Of a stretch of DNA of 56,313 nucleotides, positions 36,588 through 46,072 are shown in pieces. Within the stretch, counting starts at the first letter, position 1. Every line of letters starts with the position of its first letter. Both the position numbers and the translations under genes were made by a program. The stretch is taken from IMG/VR virus record IMGVR_UViG_3300012172_000001, positions 1 through 56,313 of that record. The stretch is one strand, 5' to 3'. The notes below the pieces were generated by a model. The model did not search any database. It saw only the letters and a list, made by a program, of their open reading frames with translations, and was not told the origin of the DNA. The stretch is from a virus. Its lineage: Duplodnaviria; Caudoviricetes.

Positions 36588-37632
36588 AGCGATTGCAGAA
36601 CTGACCGAACAAAGCACTTCCGACGAAGTGAAGGAGTACGCCGAGCGGGTCGTCAAGGAAGTAGAAGCGGAGCGCGCCGGAGAAGAAAAGGGCGACGCGC
36701 GAATCACGGCCGAACACGCCGACAACGAACACAAGCCCGAAAGGGCCAAAGAAACACTCGCCGAGAAGAAGTCCGGCGAGGGCAAATCCGCCGACGCTAA
36801 AAGCGAAGGCGAGAGTTCGGCGAAAGCCGAGAAAGCCGGTGAGGAGTCCTGGTTCGACGAGGACTTGAAAGCCGAGGCAACCGCGCTTGGTCTTGAGGAA
36901 TCGGAGCTTGCCGATTTCGCCAGTCGCGAGGAGTTCGATCGGGCGCTGCGACTTTTCGACAAGATCGCACTCGTTGCCGGCCAAAAGGCAATGGCAGAAG
37001 AGGAAAAGGGTGCGACAGGCCGCGATGAAAAGGGCCGGTTCTTGAAGAAGGACGAGAAGCCCAAGGCCGAACCTAAGCCAGAGGAGAAATCCGAAGCTGC
37101 GGACGGCAAGTATGAGATCAAGTTGGACAAGGCCGTGTATGACGAGGAAATCGTCAGTGAGTTCACGCGGATGCGCGATCACTACGAAGACCGTCTGAAA
37201 GCGTTTGAAACGCTCGAAACGCGATTCAAAGCCCTGGAAGACCGATTCCACGAATCGGATGCCAAGGCGGAAGAGGACCGCTTCGATTCAGCCATCGACA
37301 AACTCGACATGCCCAAGCTGTTCGGAGTGACCGGCAAGGAGACGCCGGACGAACTGAAGAAGCGTGAAGAGGTTATGGCGCAGGCCCGTGTGCTCCAGGC
37401 AGGCTACCGAACTTTCGGCCGCGATGTCGAACTTGGTTCGATGGTCAGCCGAGCCGCTCCAATGGTCTTCTCATCGGAGTTTGAAAAGCACAACCTCAAA
37501 AACCGAACCCGCAAGATTTCCAAACAAGCAGACGGCCGACAAGGCGGCGGGGCGACCCGTCCGCAAGACCCACGGGAAGACCCGCGGGACGAATTTGACC
37601 GAAAGTTCAAGGAAATGGGCGGGCATCTATAA
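36580..37632 (+). CDS. Capsid scaffolding protein
   Basis: Highly charged E/K/A helical protein with RDEKGRF motif, immediately before the capsid gene. Confidence 0.75.
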   Translation: MAEAIAELTEQSTSDEVKEYAERVVKEVEAERAGEEKGDARITAEHADNEHKPERAKETLAEKKSGEGKSADAKSEGESSAKAEKAGEESWFDEDLKAEATALGLEESELADFASREEFDRALRLFDKIALVAGQKAMAEEEKGATGRDEKGRFLKKDEKPKAEPKPEEKSEAADGKYEIKLDKAVYDEEIVSEFTRMRDHYEDRLKAFETLETRFKALEDRFHESDAKAEEDRFDSAIDKLDMPKLFGVTGKETPDELKKREEVMAQARVLQAGYRTFGRDVELGSMVSRAAPMVFSSEFEKHNLKNRTRKISKQADGRQGGGATRPQDPREDPRDEFDRKFKEMGGHL

Positions 37633-37643
37633 AGGATCGCCTG

Positions 37644-38759
37644 ATGGCACTCGGCATTGAACAAATCGACGATTTCGTGAACTCGATTCACCAGCGCTAC
37701 GTTGGTGAGGAGGAGCGGGCGGCGCAGGATATTTCCTTGCCGCTCCAGCACTACAAGTACGCCTCGCGTCTCTTCGACCCGGCCGGGAAGAACGTGATGA
37801 GCACTTCCCAGTGCAAGTTCAAGATCAAGGTGCGGACCAACGACAACTTCCAGGTTGTCGGCCTGTACCACCGGGATTCCTCGGATCGCGTGAACGTCCT
37901 GGACGAAGGCTCACTCAAGTGGGGGTTGACGACCAACAACTACCACTACGACATCGACGAGGAAATCTTCCGCACCGGCGGCCGGCAGATTTACGATTAC
38001 ATCGAGTCTCTGGAACGAGACCTGATGACTTCGTTCTACACCGGCATGGAAGACCTGATGTTCGGGCCGGGGCCTTCCAGTCCCGTGCAGTCTCCCTTCC
38101 CGCCCGTCTCGCTGCTCTGGTGGATCACCTCCACGGACGACAGCACGACGGAGAACAACTCGGAAGAGGGCTTCGACGGTTACGAGCCTCTGGGATGGGG
38201 TTCCAACGGCGTCGGTGGAATCTCGGCTGGCACGTATGACCAGTGGCGGAACCGGACGTTCCCCTACACGGTCGTTGATCGGGACGACTTCGTGGAGAAG
38301 GTCATCGATTCTATGGACCTTTGCGAATTCGAGCCGCCGGTCCAGCGCCCGGACATCGTGGCGCAGGGCAAGCCGAACTGGGAACTCTTGACCACGCACT
38401 CGCGCCTGGCCGCCGCGCGTCGCTTGCTCCAACTGGGCAACGACAATATCGGCGACGACATGGCGGCGCACAGCGGAACGGTCTATATCCGCGGGGTGCC
38501 TTTGAACTGGGTTTCCGCCTGGACGAACGCCGCTTCGCAGAACGCCCGCACGGACGGGATCATCCTGGGCGTCAACTGGAGCACCTTCAAGTGCTACTAC
38601 GCAGCCGGGCGCCGGATGCGGAAGCGCAAGGCGTTTCAGCACAAGGACATGAGCAACGTCCGCGTCCGCTGCATGGACGACTCCGTTCAGCTCGTGTGCT
38701 TCAACCGCCGGGCCAACTTCCGCGGCTACTGCACCGAAACCGTGACCGAAACCACGTAG
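37644..38759 (+). CDS. Major capsid protein (371 aa)
   Basis: Position after scaffold; size; GGI...YDQWRNRT and YIRGVPLNW features of HK97-fold capsids. Confidence 0.8.
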   Translation: MALGIEQIDDFVNSIHQRYVGEEERAAQDISLPLQHYKYASRLFDPAGKNVMSTSQCKFKIKVRTNDNFQVVGLYHRDSSDRVNVLDEGSLKWGLTTNNYHYDIDEEIFRTGGRQIYDYIESLERDLMTSFYTGMEDLMFGPGPSSPVQSPFPPVSLLWWITSTDDSTTENNSEEGFDGYEPLGWGSNGVGGISAGTYDQWRNRTFPYTVVDRDDFVEKVIDSMDLCEFEPPVQRPDIVAQGKPNWELLTTHSRLAAARRLLQLGNDNIGDDMAAHSGTVYIRGVPLNWVSAWTNAASQNARTDGIILGVNWSTFKCYYAAGRRMRKRKAFQHKDMSNVRVRCMDDSVQLVCFNRRANFRGYCTETVTETT

Positions 38760-38902
38760 CCCTACTCTTTGAGTACGGCCGTAGCGTCGTAAACGGGGCG
38801 CGACGGAAAACAAGAGCCCCGACCTTACTTGAGGGACTGTTTTTCACAGGGACAAGGCCCACCCTTGGCTGGGACACTCCCGCTAACCAAAAGGAATAAA
38901 CC

Positions 38903-39748
38903 ATGCACCTCACGTTCGACGATTTCGATTCCAGACTGCCTTCCGGTCGTCTGTGGAAAGCGTTCGCGCCGCCGGCTTCGATGGGGCCGCTCGGCACTCA
39001 CTTCACGACCCCCAGCGGGAATCCCGCCTTCGGGTTCTTCGACAACTTCCACACCTTCAATGCGACGACGCTCGACGGCCCGTATGCCACGCTCCTGACT
39101 TCGGGAGGCACGCTGGCTCTGGCCGCCGACACGGCGACGGAGAAGGGCATCTTGGGAATGACGCTGGTTGGCGACACACAGGAGGACGAGGTGATCGTCA
39201 AGTGGGGCGGGACGTTGACCGCTCCGTTCAAGCTGGCCGACAAAGACCTCGTGTTCGAGGCCCGTCTGGCAGTGTCGGCGATCACGGCGGCGAAGTGGGA
39301 CATCGGCGTCGGCCTGGGTCAGGCCGACATGATTACCACCGATCTGCTGTTCACGGATTCGGACGCCCTCGCCGACAAGAACTTCCTCGGCTTCGTGAAG
39401 CTGGCGGCGGAAGGCGCGGCCTGGGACGGGGCCTACAAGGCTGACGGCCAGACGTACCAGGACGGTGCGACCAAGACGAAGTTGAACGCCCTGCACACCG
39501 CAGTCGCGACCACATACTTCAAGATCGGTTTCCGCTATCGGGCTCACCCGAAGACGGTGGAGTGGTACGTCAACAACGCTCTGCCTGGCGGGAATATCAC
39601 GCCAGCCCGCCTGACGACTTCGGAGGTTGACGCGGCCACGTTCCCGGACGACGTGCTCTTGGCTCCGATTATCGGAATCAAGGATTCGGCGGGCGACACG
39701 GCGTTGACGCTGAGCCTCGACTGGTGGGGCGCTGCTCAGCTCCTGTAG
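38903..39748 (+). CDS. Putative capsid decoration/minor structural beta-sandwich protein (281 aa)
   Basis: Follows the capsid gene; FFDNF...FEARL...VEWYVNN...LSLDW lectin-like pattern. Confidence 0.55.
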   Translation: MHLTFDDFDSRLPSGRLWKAFAPPASMGPLGTHFTTPSGNPAFGFFDNFHTFNATTLDGPYATLLTSGGTLALAADTATEKGILGMTLVGDTQEDEVIVKWGGTLTAPFKLADKDLVFEARLAVSAITAAKWDIGVGLGQADMITTDLLFTDSDALADKNFLGFVKLAAEGAAWDGAYKADGQTYQDGATKTKLNALHTAVATTYFKIGFRYRAHPKTVEWYVNNALPGGNITPARLTTSEVDAATFPDDVLLAPIIGIKDSAGDTALTLSLDWWGAAQLL

Positions 39749-39763
39749 TCCATTGCTGGCAAC

Positions 39764-39795
39764 TCCGGGGGCGGGCGAATTGACCCGCCCCCGGA
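39764..39795 (+). terminator. Perfect 12-bp GC hairpin without U tract (pause or stability element)
   Basis: TCCGGGGGCGGG-cgaattga-CCCGCCCCCGGA. Confidence 0.45.
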
Positions 39796-39807
39796 CAGGG
39801 ACTTCCC

Positions 39808-40767
39808 ATGCCTGACGCGCTGACAGCGAGTTACGCGACGCTTCTCGAAAGGGTAGGGCACTACCTGTTCGGGATTCGCGCGAGCTATTCGTCCGACCAG
39901 ACGGCGGACATCGAGCAGTGTATTGAAGACGGCCTGCGCGACGTTTACGCGGCGCATCCGTGGTCATTCTTCAGGCCGATCGAGGACATCACGACGACCG
40001 CACCGTATGCCACCGGGACGGTCACGATCGCAGCCGGCGTGGTGACGCTGGTTGGCGGCACGTTCCCAAGTTGGGCGGCTGACGGAATTCTGAAGGTCAG
40101 CAACAGCTACTATTCCGTCGCCAGCAGAGACGGGAACACCCAGATCACGCTGGACGATACTTCGGTCACAGTGGCCTCGGCCAGTGCTTTTGAACTGGGG
40201 CGGCCGGAGATACCACTATCCGATTCCTTTATGGACCTCAGCGGCGATCGGCAGTTGACCTACTACCCAGACCAAAATGATTGTTATCCGCCTGTCCGCG
40301 AGAAGCACGATCAAGCTATTCGTACATTCCAGCAAAACAACCCGTACTATGATCGCCCCATCTTCTTCTCGATAAGAACTGCGGAATTCGATCCGACAGT
40401 GGGAAGCCGGAAGCGGTTGGCGTTCTACCCCACGCCCGATGCGGCCTACGTCCTGCGCGTCCCGATGATCCTCCGGCCAACGATGATCGACGCGACCAAT
40501 CTCTATCCCGTGGGCGGAGAGACGTTAGCCCAAGTCATCACGGAAGCCTGCCTTGCTGCGGCGGAGCGGAATTTCGACGAGCAGGAGAAGCAGCACACGA
40601 AGCGCTTCATAGAGTTGCTTCCGCTGGCAATCCAGGCGGACTTGGAAGAATCCGCCCCCACCAGCCTTGGGCCGGACATGCCCAGGGGCGAGCGCGCACA
40701 CGATTCCGAATACTGGTCCCGCGCTGCTCGCATTGGCGTCATCACTCTCGATGGAGATGTGCTTTGA
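39808..40767 (+). CDS. Putative head-tail adaptor with inserted beta domain (319 aa)
   Basis: HPWSFFR, LAFYPTPDAAY and C-terminal helices typical of podoviral adaptors; TGTVT...GGTF insert. Confidence 0.6.
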   Translation: MPDALTASYATLLERVGHYLFGIRASYSSDQTADIEQCIEDGLRDVYAAHPWSFFRPIEDITTTAPYATGTVTIAAGVVTLVGGTFPSWAADGILKVSNSYYSVASRDGNTQITLDDTSVTVASASAFELGRPEIPLSDSFMDLSGDRQLTYYPDQNDCYPPVREKHDQAIRTFQQNNPYYDRPIFFSIRTAEFDPTVGSRKRLAFYPTPDAAYVLRVPMILRPTMIDATNLYPVGGETLAQVITEACLAAAERNFDEQEKQHTKRFIELLPLAIQADLEESAPTSLGPDMPRGERAHDSEYWSRAARIGVITLDGDVL

Positions 40768-40973
40768 CCGTGTTGCGGCGATCGTACATATACGACCCAG
40801 AACGAAAGGCCCGCGTTGAGGCTCACGCAGCCCGCGTGCAGGCCAGCCGGGCGTACCAATCCGAGAAGAAGCAGCTACGTCGTAGCGTGCCTCCGAAGCG
40901 GGATTGGACGCAACACTGGCTGGCGAAGATCGACCGCATCAACGCAATGGGGAATTGGGGGTGGAGTACTTAG
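40764..40973 (+). CDS. Small basic hypothetical protein (69 aa)
   Basis: TTGA-coupled; GGAG ribosome-binding site. Confidence 0.4.
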   Translation: MTVLRRSYIYDPERKARVEAHAARVQASRAYQSEKKQLRRSVPPKRDWTQHWLAKIDRINAMGNWGWST

Positions 40974-41086
40974 TTGATGACTTGAATCATGTACGCATTG
41001 CTACTCATAGCCGCCATGCCAATCGAACTAGGATCATCTGGTAAAATCAGAGCTGTATCGTTTCCGCCTGCAGGATTAGACGATCA

Positions 41087-41389
41087 ATGAGCGAAATTCA
41101 ATACGATTGGATGGGGCGGCCAATTCGTCGGTATGTTCCGATCGGCAAAGTCTTGCTGGACAAGCAGTGGTACGAGGAAAACAAGCACAAATATTCTGGC
41201 CAATCGGGGGTAATTCTGCACGCGATGAAAGCACTTGGGATTGAGGTACGGGACGACCTCGACGATGACCAGCTTTGCTTTTCTTTCTGCGCCCCTGACT
41301 GGGCCAACGACCTGAAAAACATTCCACTTTCGGCTTTTGAACCAGTTTTAACAAAGGGAGAAAACAAGCTAAGGCATGTTTTCAACTAA
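41087..41389 (+). CDS. Small protein paralogous to an internal segment of the next gene (100 aa)
   Basis: QWYEENKHKYSGQSGVIL and NIPLSAFEPV align with VWYEAHKGEYTGQARVIL and NIPVTAFEVI. Confidence 0.6.
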   Translation: MSEIQYDWMGRPIRRYVPIGKVLLDKQWYEENKHKYSGQSGVILHAMKALGIEVRDDLDDDQLCFSFCAPDWANDLKNIPLSAFEPVLTKGENKLRHVFN

Positions 41390-42795
41390 TGCAGCCCCAA
41401 ACAAAAACTCTCTGGCTAACAATCAGCGCCATGCTAGTGAGCCTTGCCGCTGCGCTGACGCTGTGGGTAAATAGTTTCGACGTTCCCCCTCCGCCCACCC
41501 CACCGCCATCCACGGGCAAGGTGCAAGTCGGCAAGTCGGGAATGCGGCCGTCTGACGGGATAACTGCGGCGGGAAACATTCACCCCTCATTCGGCGGCTG
41601 GACGCCATTTGCTAACGGGTTTTATTGGCAATGGTTCGCGCACGACTGCCGCACCGAGCCAGTTGACGAAAACTCAGATTACATCCTGCAAGAGCAGTGG
41701 GGGCCGTTTGGTGCCAAGCTGCACATTGATTTTTCCAGCACGGGCGTAGGTTACGTCTCGCGGCCCTACGGCTACCCGTTCAATGTAGTTCCCCACGATC
41801 AACCGCTGCTGGCGTTCGACCCGCCATACTACCCAAGCGATGCCGGCCCATTGCGGATGCCACCCCTGGGTTCATACGAGAATGAAGTCGAACCGCTTGC
41901 CGGCCCTCCAGGGATGATGGTTGGGGACTACGACCGGCATATTTCGTTCTACGTCCTTGACTCTGTGACCGGGGTGCCGCATGAACTGTGCGAGGTCTAT
42001 CAGGTTCGCACGAACGACGGAGGCACGAACTGGCAATCGTCCTCGATTGCTCGCTGGAATCTCGTCACCGGAGAAATGCGGCAAGAGGCCGGGAAGTTCG
42101 GCGCCGATGCAGCGGCTTTGCCGATAGCGCCGCTACTACTGAAGTACGACGACGTGGCCAGCGGCGATGTAGGTCACGTCATTCGGGCGACGTTCCCAGT
42201 TGGCATAATCTACGGGCGATACGTTTTTCCAGCTCGATCGTCAGTCGCTGCGGCAGGCGACACTCGCTTACTTCGGTTTGGCGTGAGGCTACGACTGCAA
42301 CAGGTTTGGTACGAGGCGCATAAGGGAGAGTACACCGGGCAAGCGCGCGTCATCCTCGATGGCATGTACAAGTATGGGCTAATTAACACCGACATCACCG
42401 GGACGGGTTTGGGCTCTGGTCCCTACATTGGAGGCGTGCCGGATGACCGTTGGGACCAAAACAACCTCCTTACCCTCCAGAACATTCCAGTGACGGCGTT
42501 TGAGGTCATTAAGCAGTACCCGGCTTTCACGGTTACGGGACCGACCACGATTGCTGCCGGCGAGACGGCGGTTTTCACTGTCACAAAGTACCCGCCCGGC
42601 GAGACGAACTTTGGCGGCGGCGTTTATGCCTATGCCAACGGCGTTTACTTCGCGAGCGGCGGACTGATTGACGCCACCAACCCCCTGAAGCTGTCGTTTG
42701 ATACCCCGGCAACTCCCGGCGTGTTCACGATCAGCTTTCAGCACGGCGACCAATCTTGGACAGTACCTCCTGATTTAGTTTTGACCACGAATTGA
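41389..42795 (+). CDS. Membrane-anchored/secreted protein of an uncharacterised family with C-terminal Ig-like domain (468 aa)
   Basis: N-terminal hydrophobic helix, poly-Pro linker, DRH, ADAAALPI..LLKYDDV..G.V.H, RLRL, KYG, PDDRW motifs. Confidence 0.65.
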   Translation: MQPQTKTLWLTISAMLVSLAAALTLWVNSFDVPPPPTPPPSTGKVQVGKSGMRPSDGITAAGNIHPSFGGWTPFANGFYWQWFAHDCRTEPVDENSDYILQEQWGPFGAKLHIDFSSTGVGYVSRPYGYPFNVVPHDQPLLAFDPPYYPSDAGPLRMPPLGSYENEVEPLAGPPGMMVGDYDRHISFYVLDSVTGVPHELCEVYQVRTNDGGTNWQSSSIARWNLVTGEMRQEAGKFGADAAALPIAPLLLKYDDVASGDVGHVIRATFPVGIIYGRYVFPARSSVAAAGDTRLLRFGVRLRLQQVWYEAHKGEYTGQARVILDGMYKYGLINTDITGTGLGSGPYIGGVPDDRWDQNNLLTLQNIPVTAFEVIKQYPAFTVTGPTTIAAGETAVFTVTKYPPGETNFGGGVYAYANGVYFASGGLIDATNPLKLSFDTPATPGVFTISFQHGDQSWTVPPDLVLTTN

Positions 42796-42798
42796 AAA

Positions 42799-44763
42799 AT
42801 GGCATTTCCAATTGGCTGGGCATATCGACGAGAGCTAACGGACGGGGCCGCTACAGCGGTCACGGACCATCAGGTTTTGATCGTCCTTACGTCGGCCAAC
42901 TTCGATTTCTCCCACGCGCAGGCCAACGGCGACGATATCCGCGTGTGGGACGCAACAGCCGCCGCCCTTGTGCCGCACTGGATTGAGGCATGGGACGCCA
43001 ACGCTCAGACGGCGCGTATTTGGTTTAAGACCACCGACATCACTAACGAGCACTGGCTGTACTTCGGGAACGGATCGGCCACTGATGCTTCCGACGGCGA
43101 CGAAGTGTTCCTGTTCTTCGATGACTTTGGCACGCGGCGAGTCAATGAAGGAACATGGGAAACGCTCACCGATTTTCCAATAGCCATCGGGCAGGGGGCG
43201 GCGGCAGTTCTGGGCGATTATCTTTACGCTGGGGCCGGCGGGATTGCAGGTGCGCTGACTCCTAACTTTTACCGCTACGATTTAACACAAGGGCTTGGTG
43301 GCGTATGGGAGGAGTTGGCAGATATTCCGGCACCAAATGAGGCCGCAACGGGTGTTGAGAGTCCCACCTTAGATGCCGTTAGCGGCAAGCTCTATTTCAT
43401 GGGCGGGCAAGACGGTGGCGTTCAGTACACAAACTGTTACGAGTACGACCCAGACTTAGACACGTGGACCACTAAGGCGGACATGCCGCAGGCGCGCGAG
43501 GATATGGGCTCGGCGGTTATCAGCAACCAAATCTACCTATTTGGAGGCCGGCTCCCGGACTTCATAGCTCCTGTTGATTTCTATACTCCCGCCTCAAACA
43601 CATGGGACAGCACCACGGCCACAAACTGGCCGGCACCTCGGCAGCTTGGAAATTTCGCCTGCGCCTATAACGACATAGCCTACTGCATATCCGGCAGCAA
43701 TAGCATGGTCGGGTATTCAAATGTGACCAACCCACAGTTGCGCTGTGATAGTTACACGCCCGCCACAGACACATGGGCGCAAATTGCCGACATTCCATTC
43801 GGAGTTAATTACAAGGAGGTCAACGAAGTCAACGCCAACCTGTACGTGATTGGCGGAACTAGGGAAGATGCATCCTCGGCTTGCCCTTATTTGCAAATCT
43901 ACGATGTGGCCGGGAATTCGTGGGTGTATGGCACGGCGAGGCTAATTGCCCAGAATTGCACGGGCGTACACAACGGCAAAATATACACGGTATCTGGCAA
44001 CACTGGCGTCCTCCTAGTCCCAAAGGTTGCCAGATTCACGCCTAACGCGAGCTTCGCACCCACCTCCGCTGCTGCGTCACTGGACGCCGCCAAGTGGACG
44101 CTCGACACCAAGGGCAGCGGCGGAGTGAATACCCAACTCAATAATAGCTCTACGTCGCTGCTGCCGACGAATCTGACGAATAGCTCGGTCACGCTAATCA
44201 GCGTGCCGACTTTCACCAACGGCGTCGTGATTGAGTTTTCCCGCATTTGCGGTTCGAACTATTCGCACTTTGGATTAGGGGCTGGGGTGATGGTCGATGG
44301 TGCCGGTGGCACAACCAACTGGTTCAGCAACATGAAGCGGGATGGTTACGCGGTCTACCATCAGGGCATTCAGCAAACGGCTGCGAATATGGCGTTTCTG
44401 TACGAAGTCCCAACGGCTGGAGCGCCCGCTGCGATTGGGGCCGGGATCGCTGGGCCGCTTGACGACGGTGGGCGACACCGCATGTCGCTGTCGTATAGCG
44501 CAGCCGGTGCAATCGTAGTGAAGAGAAACGATACGCAGTGGTTTTCGGCCAGTGACTCGACGTTCCTATCGACTGCCAAAAATTTCTGGATCACTCAAGG
44601 GAAGTTCACGAATGGTGCCGGCCAGCAGCAGGTAATCGACTGGGTGTTTGCCCGCACGTTGGCGGCCACTGAGCCGAGCATCAGCTTGGGGGCGGAGGAG
44701 GCAGCGCCGGCGAGTGGGGGCAGCAGCAGCCATTCCCGCATGATGCGGCTGCTAAGGCCATAA
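42799..44763 (+). CDS. DUF2341 + Kelch beta-propeller + lectin-like protein, candidate receptor-binding appendage (654 aa)
   Basis: WAYRR...GDDIR...HWIE...LYFGN...FLFFDDF; Kelch repeats LYFMGG, IYLFGG, LYVIGG with YDP...W; IDWVFAR..EP. Confidence 0.8.
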   Translation: MAFPIGWAYRRELTDGAATAVTDHQVLIVLTSANFDFSHAQANGDDIRVWDATAAALVPHWIEAWDANAQTARIWFKTTDITNEHWLYFGNGSATDASDGDEVFLFFDDFGTRRVNEGTWETLTDFPIAIGQGAAAVLGDYLYAGAGGIAGALTPNFYRYDLTQGLGGVWEELADIPAPNEAATGVESPTLDAVSGKLYFMGGQDGGVQYTNCYEYDPDLDTWTTKADMPQAREDMGSAVISNQIYLFGGRLPDFIAPVDFYTPASNTWDSTTATNWPAPRQLGNFACAYNDIAYCISGSNSMVGYSNVTNPQLRCDSYTPATDTWAQIADIPFGVNYKEVNEVNANLYVIGGTREDASSACPYLQIYDVAGNSWVYGTARLIAQNCTGVHNGKIYTVSGNTGVLLVPKVARFTPNASFAPTSAAASLDAAKWTLDTKGSGGVNTQLNNSSTSLLPTNLTNSSVTLISVPTFTNGVVIEFSRICGSNYSHFGLGAGVMVDGAGGTTNWFSNMKRDGYAVYHQGIQQTAANMAFLYEVPTAGAPAAIGAGIAGPLDDGGRHRMSLSYSAAGAIVVKRNDTQWFSASDSTFLSTAKNFWITQGKFTNGAGQQQVIDWVFARTLAATEPSISLGAEEAAPASGGSSSHSRMMRLLRP

Positions 44764-44783
44764 CTTTTTGAAAGTTTAAGCAT

Positions 44784-45137
44784 ATGACCACAAAACGCAT
44801 TGGAAGTTCTGGAATGAACGACGGACTGGCCCGCAAATGGGGAACGGTGTCGTTGGCTATCAATTCCACGATCGGCAGTTGCGACGTGCTGGACGTGCGC
44901 TCGGGGGCAGACTGTTTAATCGAGATTCCGACCGGCGTTACCTCAATTACGTTCTGGGCCTGCGATACGGAAGGCGGAACGTATCGGGCTGTTTACGATC
45001 ACGAGGGCAACGCCGCCACGATCGCGACCACGGCGGATCGGTGGTACTCGTTCCCGCCGTCCTGCTTCGCCGCAGGGTTCGTGAAGATTGTTTCAGCCGG
45101 CGCTAATGGCACGGCTAAGGTGCAGGGCAAAAGCTAA
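44784..45137 (+). CDS. Small beta-rich structural protein (117 aa)
   Basis: Position in the virion module; beta-strand pattern. Confidence 0.55.
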   Translation: MTTKRIGSSGMNDGLARKWGTVSLAINSTIGSCDVLDVRSGADCLIEIPTGVTSITFWACDTEGGTYRAVYDHEGNAATIATTADRWYSFPPSCFAAGFVKIVSAGANGTAKVQGKS

Positions 45138-45163
45138 TTCCTCTTTTCCGAAAGGAAATGTTC
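45138..45163 (+). repeat. 26-bp leader repeat, copy 1
   Basis: TTCCTCTTTTCCGAAAGGAAATGTTC, identical to 45545-45570. Confidence 0.95.
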
Positions 45164-45544
45164 ATGGACCCGCATAATGTCCACCGCGATCTGTACGAAT
45201 CGGATCACCTGCTGCCGGACCCCGGAAATGGCAGGACGATTCGCGTGGATGGCGACCTGCAAATCTGCGAGATGGTCTCCACCGCCGCTGAGACTCGGAC
45301 GCTGGCTGCTCCGACCAAGCCGGGAATCCGGTTCGCCCTGCGCCTAATGACGGATGGCGGCGACATCCTCGTAACCGCCGAGAACGGATTCAACGTCGAA
45401 GGCGATACGGTCGCGCGTTTCGCCGACGCCAGCGATCTGCTGCAACTCATGTCGGTGGAGTACACCGCGCCCACTGCTACTGCCAGGGCGACTTACCGCT
45501 GGCAGGTCATGGAAGGCAACGTCGGCGTTTCGATTTCTGCTTAG
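45164..45544 (+). CDS. Small structural protein, paralogue A (no Ser-rich tail)
   Basis: DPGN, DLQICEMVS, ETRTLA.PTKPGIRF, TDGG, FADASD, EGNVG shared with the next gene. Confidence 0.75.
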   Translation: MDPHNVHRDLYESDHLLPDPGNGRTIRVDGDLQICEMVSTAAETRTLAAPTKPGIRFALRLMTDGGDILVTAENGFNVEGDTVARFADASDLLQLMSVEYTAPTATARATYRWQVMEGNVGVSISA

Positions 45545-45570
45545 TTCCTCTTTTCCGAAAGGAAATGTTC
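45545..45570 (+). repeat. 26-bp leader repeat, copy 2
   Basis: Identical to 45138-45163. Confidence 0.95.
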
Positions 45571-45572
45571 CT

Positions 45573-46070
45573 ATGTCAACTTCCCTCAACATCCACCATC
45601 ATCTTTATCGCGGGCCGAAGATCCTCACCGATCCAGGCAACGCGGGGATCATTCGCGCCAACGCGGACTTGCAGATTTGCGAGATGGTGTCCGGCGCTTC
45701 CGGTGAAACCAGAACCCTCGCCACGCCCACGAAGCCAGGAATCCGCTTCACGCTTCGGTTAAAGACGGACGGAGGCGGCGATGTGGTTGTAACGGCTCCC
45801 GCCGGCCTGAACGTGGCCCTGGAAACGCAGGCGACGTTTGCGGACGCAAGCGATTTCCTGTCGCTGATTTCGGTCACGATCTCCGCTGGGTCACACCGCT
45901 GGGAAGTTTTGGAGGGCAATGTCGGGACGGTGGTTTCGTCCACGTCGCCGTCCAGTTCCCCATCCACGTCGCCATCGGCTTCCACGTCCAGTTCGCCGTC
46001 GAGTTCCGTGTCGAGTTCGCCGTCGAGTTCTCCGTCCGCGTCGGTTTCGAGTTCTCCTTCGGCAACGTAG
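45573..46070 (+). CDS. Small structural protein, paralogue B, with mucin-like Ser/Pro/Thr tail (165 aa)
   Basis: Same domain as paralogue A plus about 44 aa of SSTSPSSSPS... ending SSSPSAT. Confidence 0.8.
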   Translation: MSTSLNIHHHLYRGPKILTDPGNAGIIRANADLQICEMVSGASGETRTLATPTKPGIRFTLRLKTDGGGDVVVTAPAGLNVALETQATFADASDFLSLISVTISAGSHRWEVLEGNVGTVVSSTSPSSSPSTSPSASTSSSPSSSVSSSPSSSPSASVSSSPSAT

Positions 46071-46072
46071 CC

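Noticed and set aside
45158-46070. Diversity-generating retroelement template/variable repeat pair
   Set aside because: Differences are not adenine-specific, both copies are full genes and no reverse transcriptase is present
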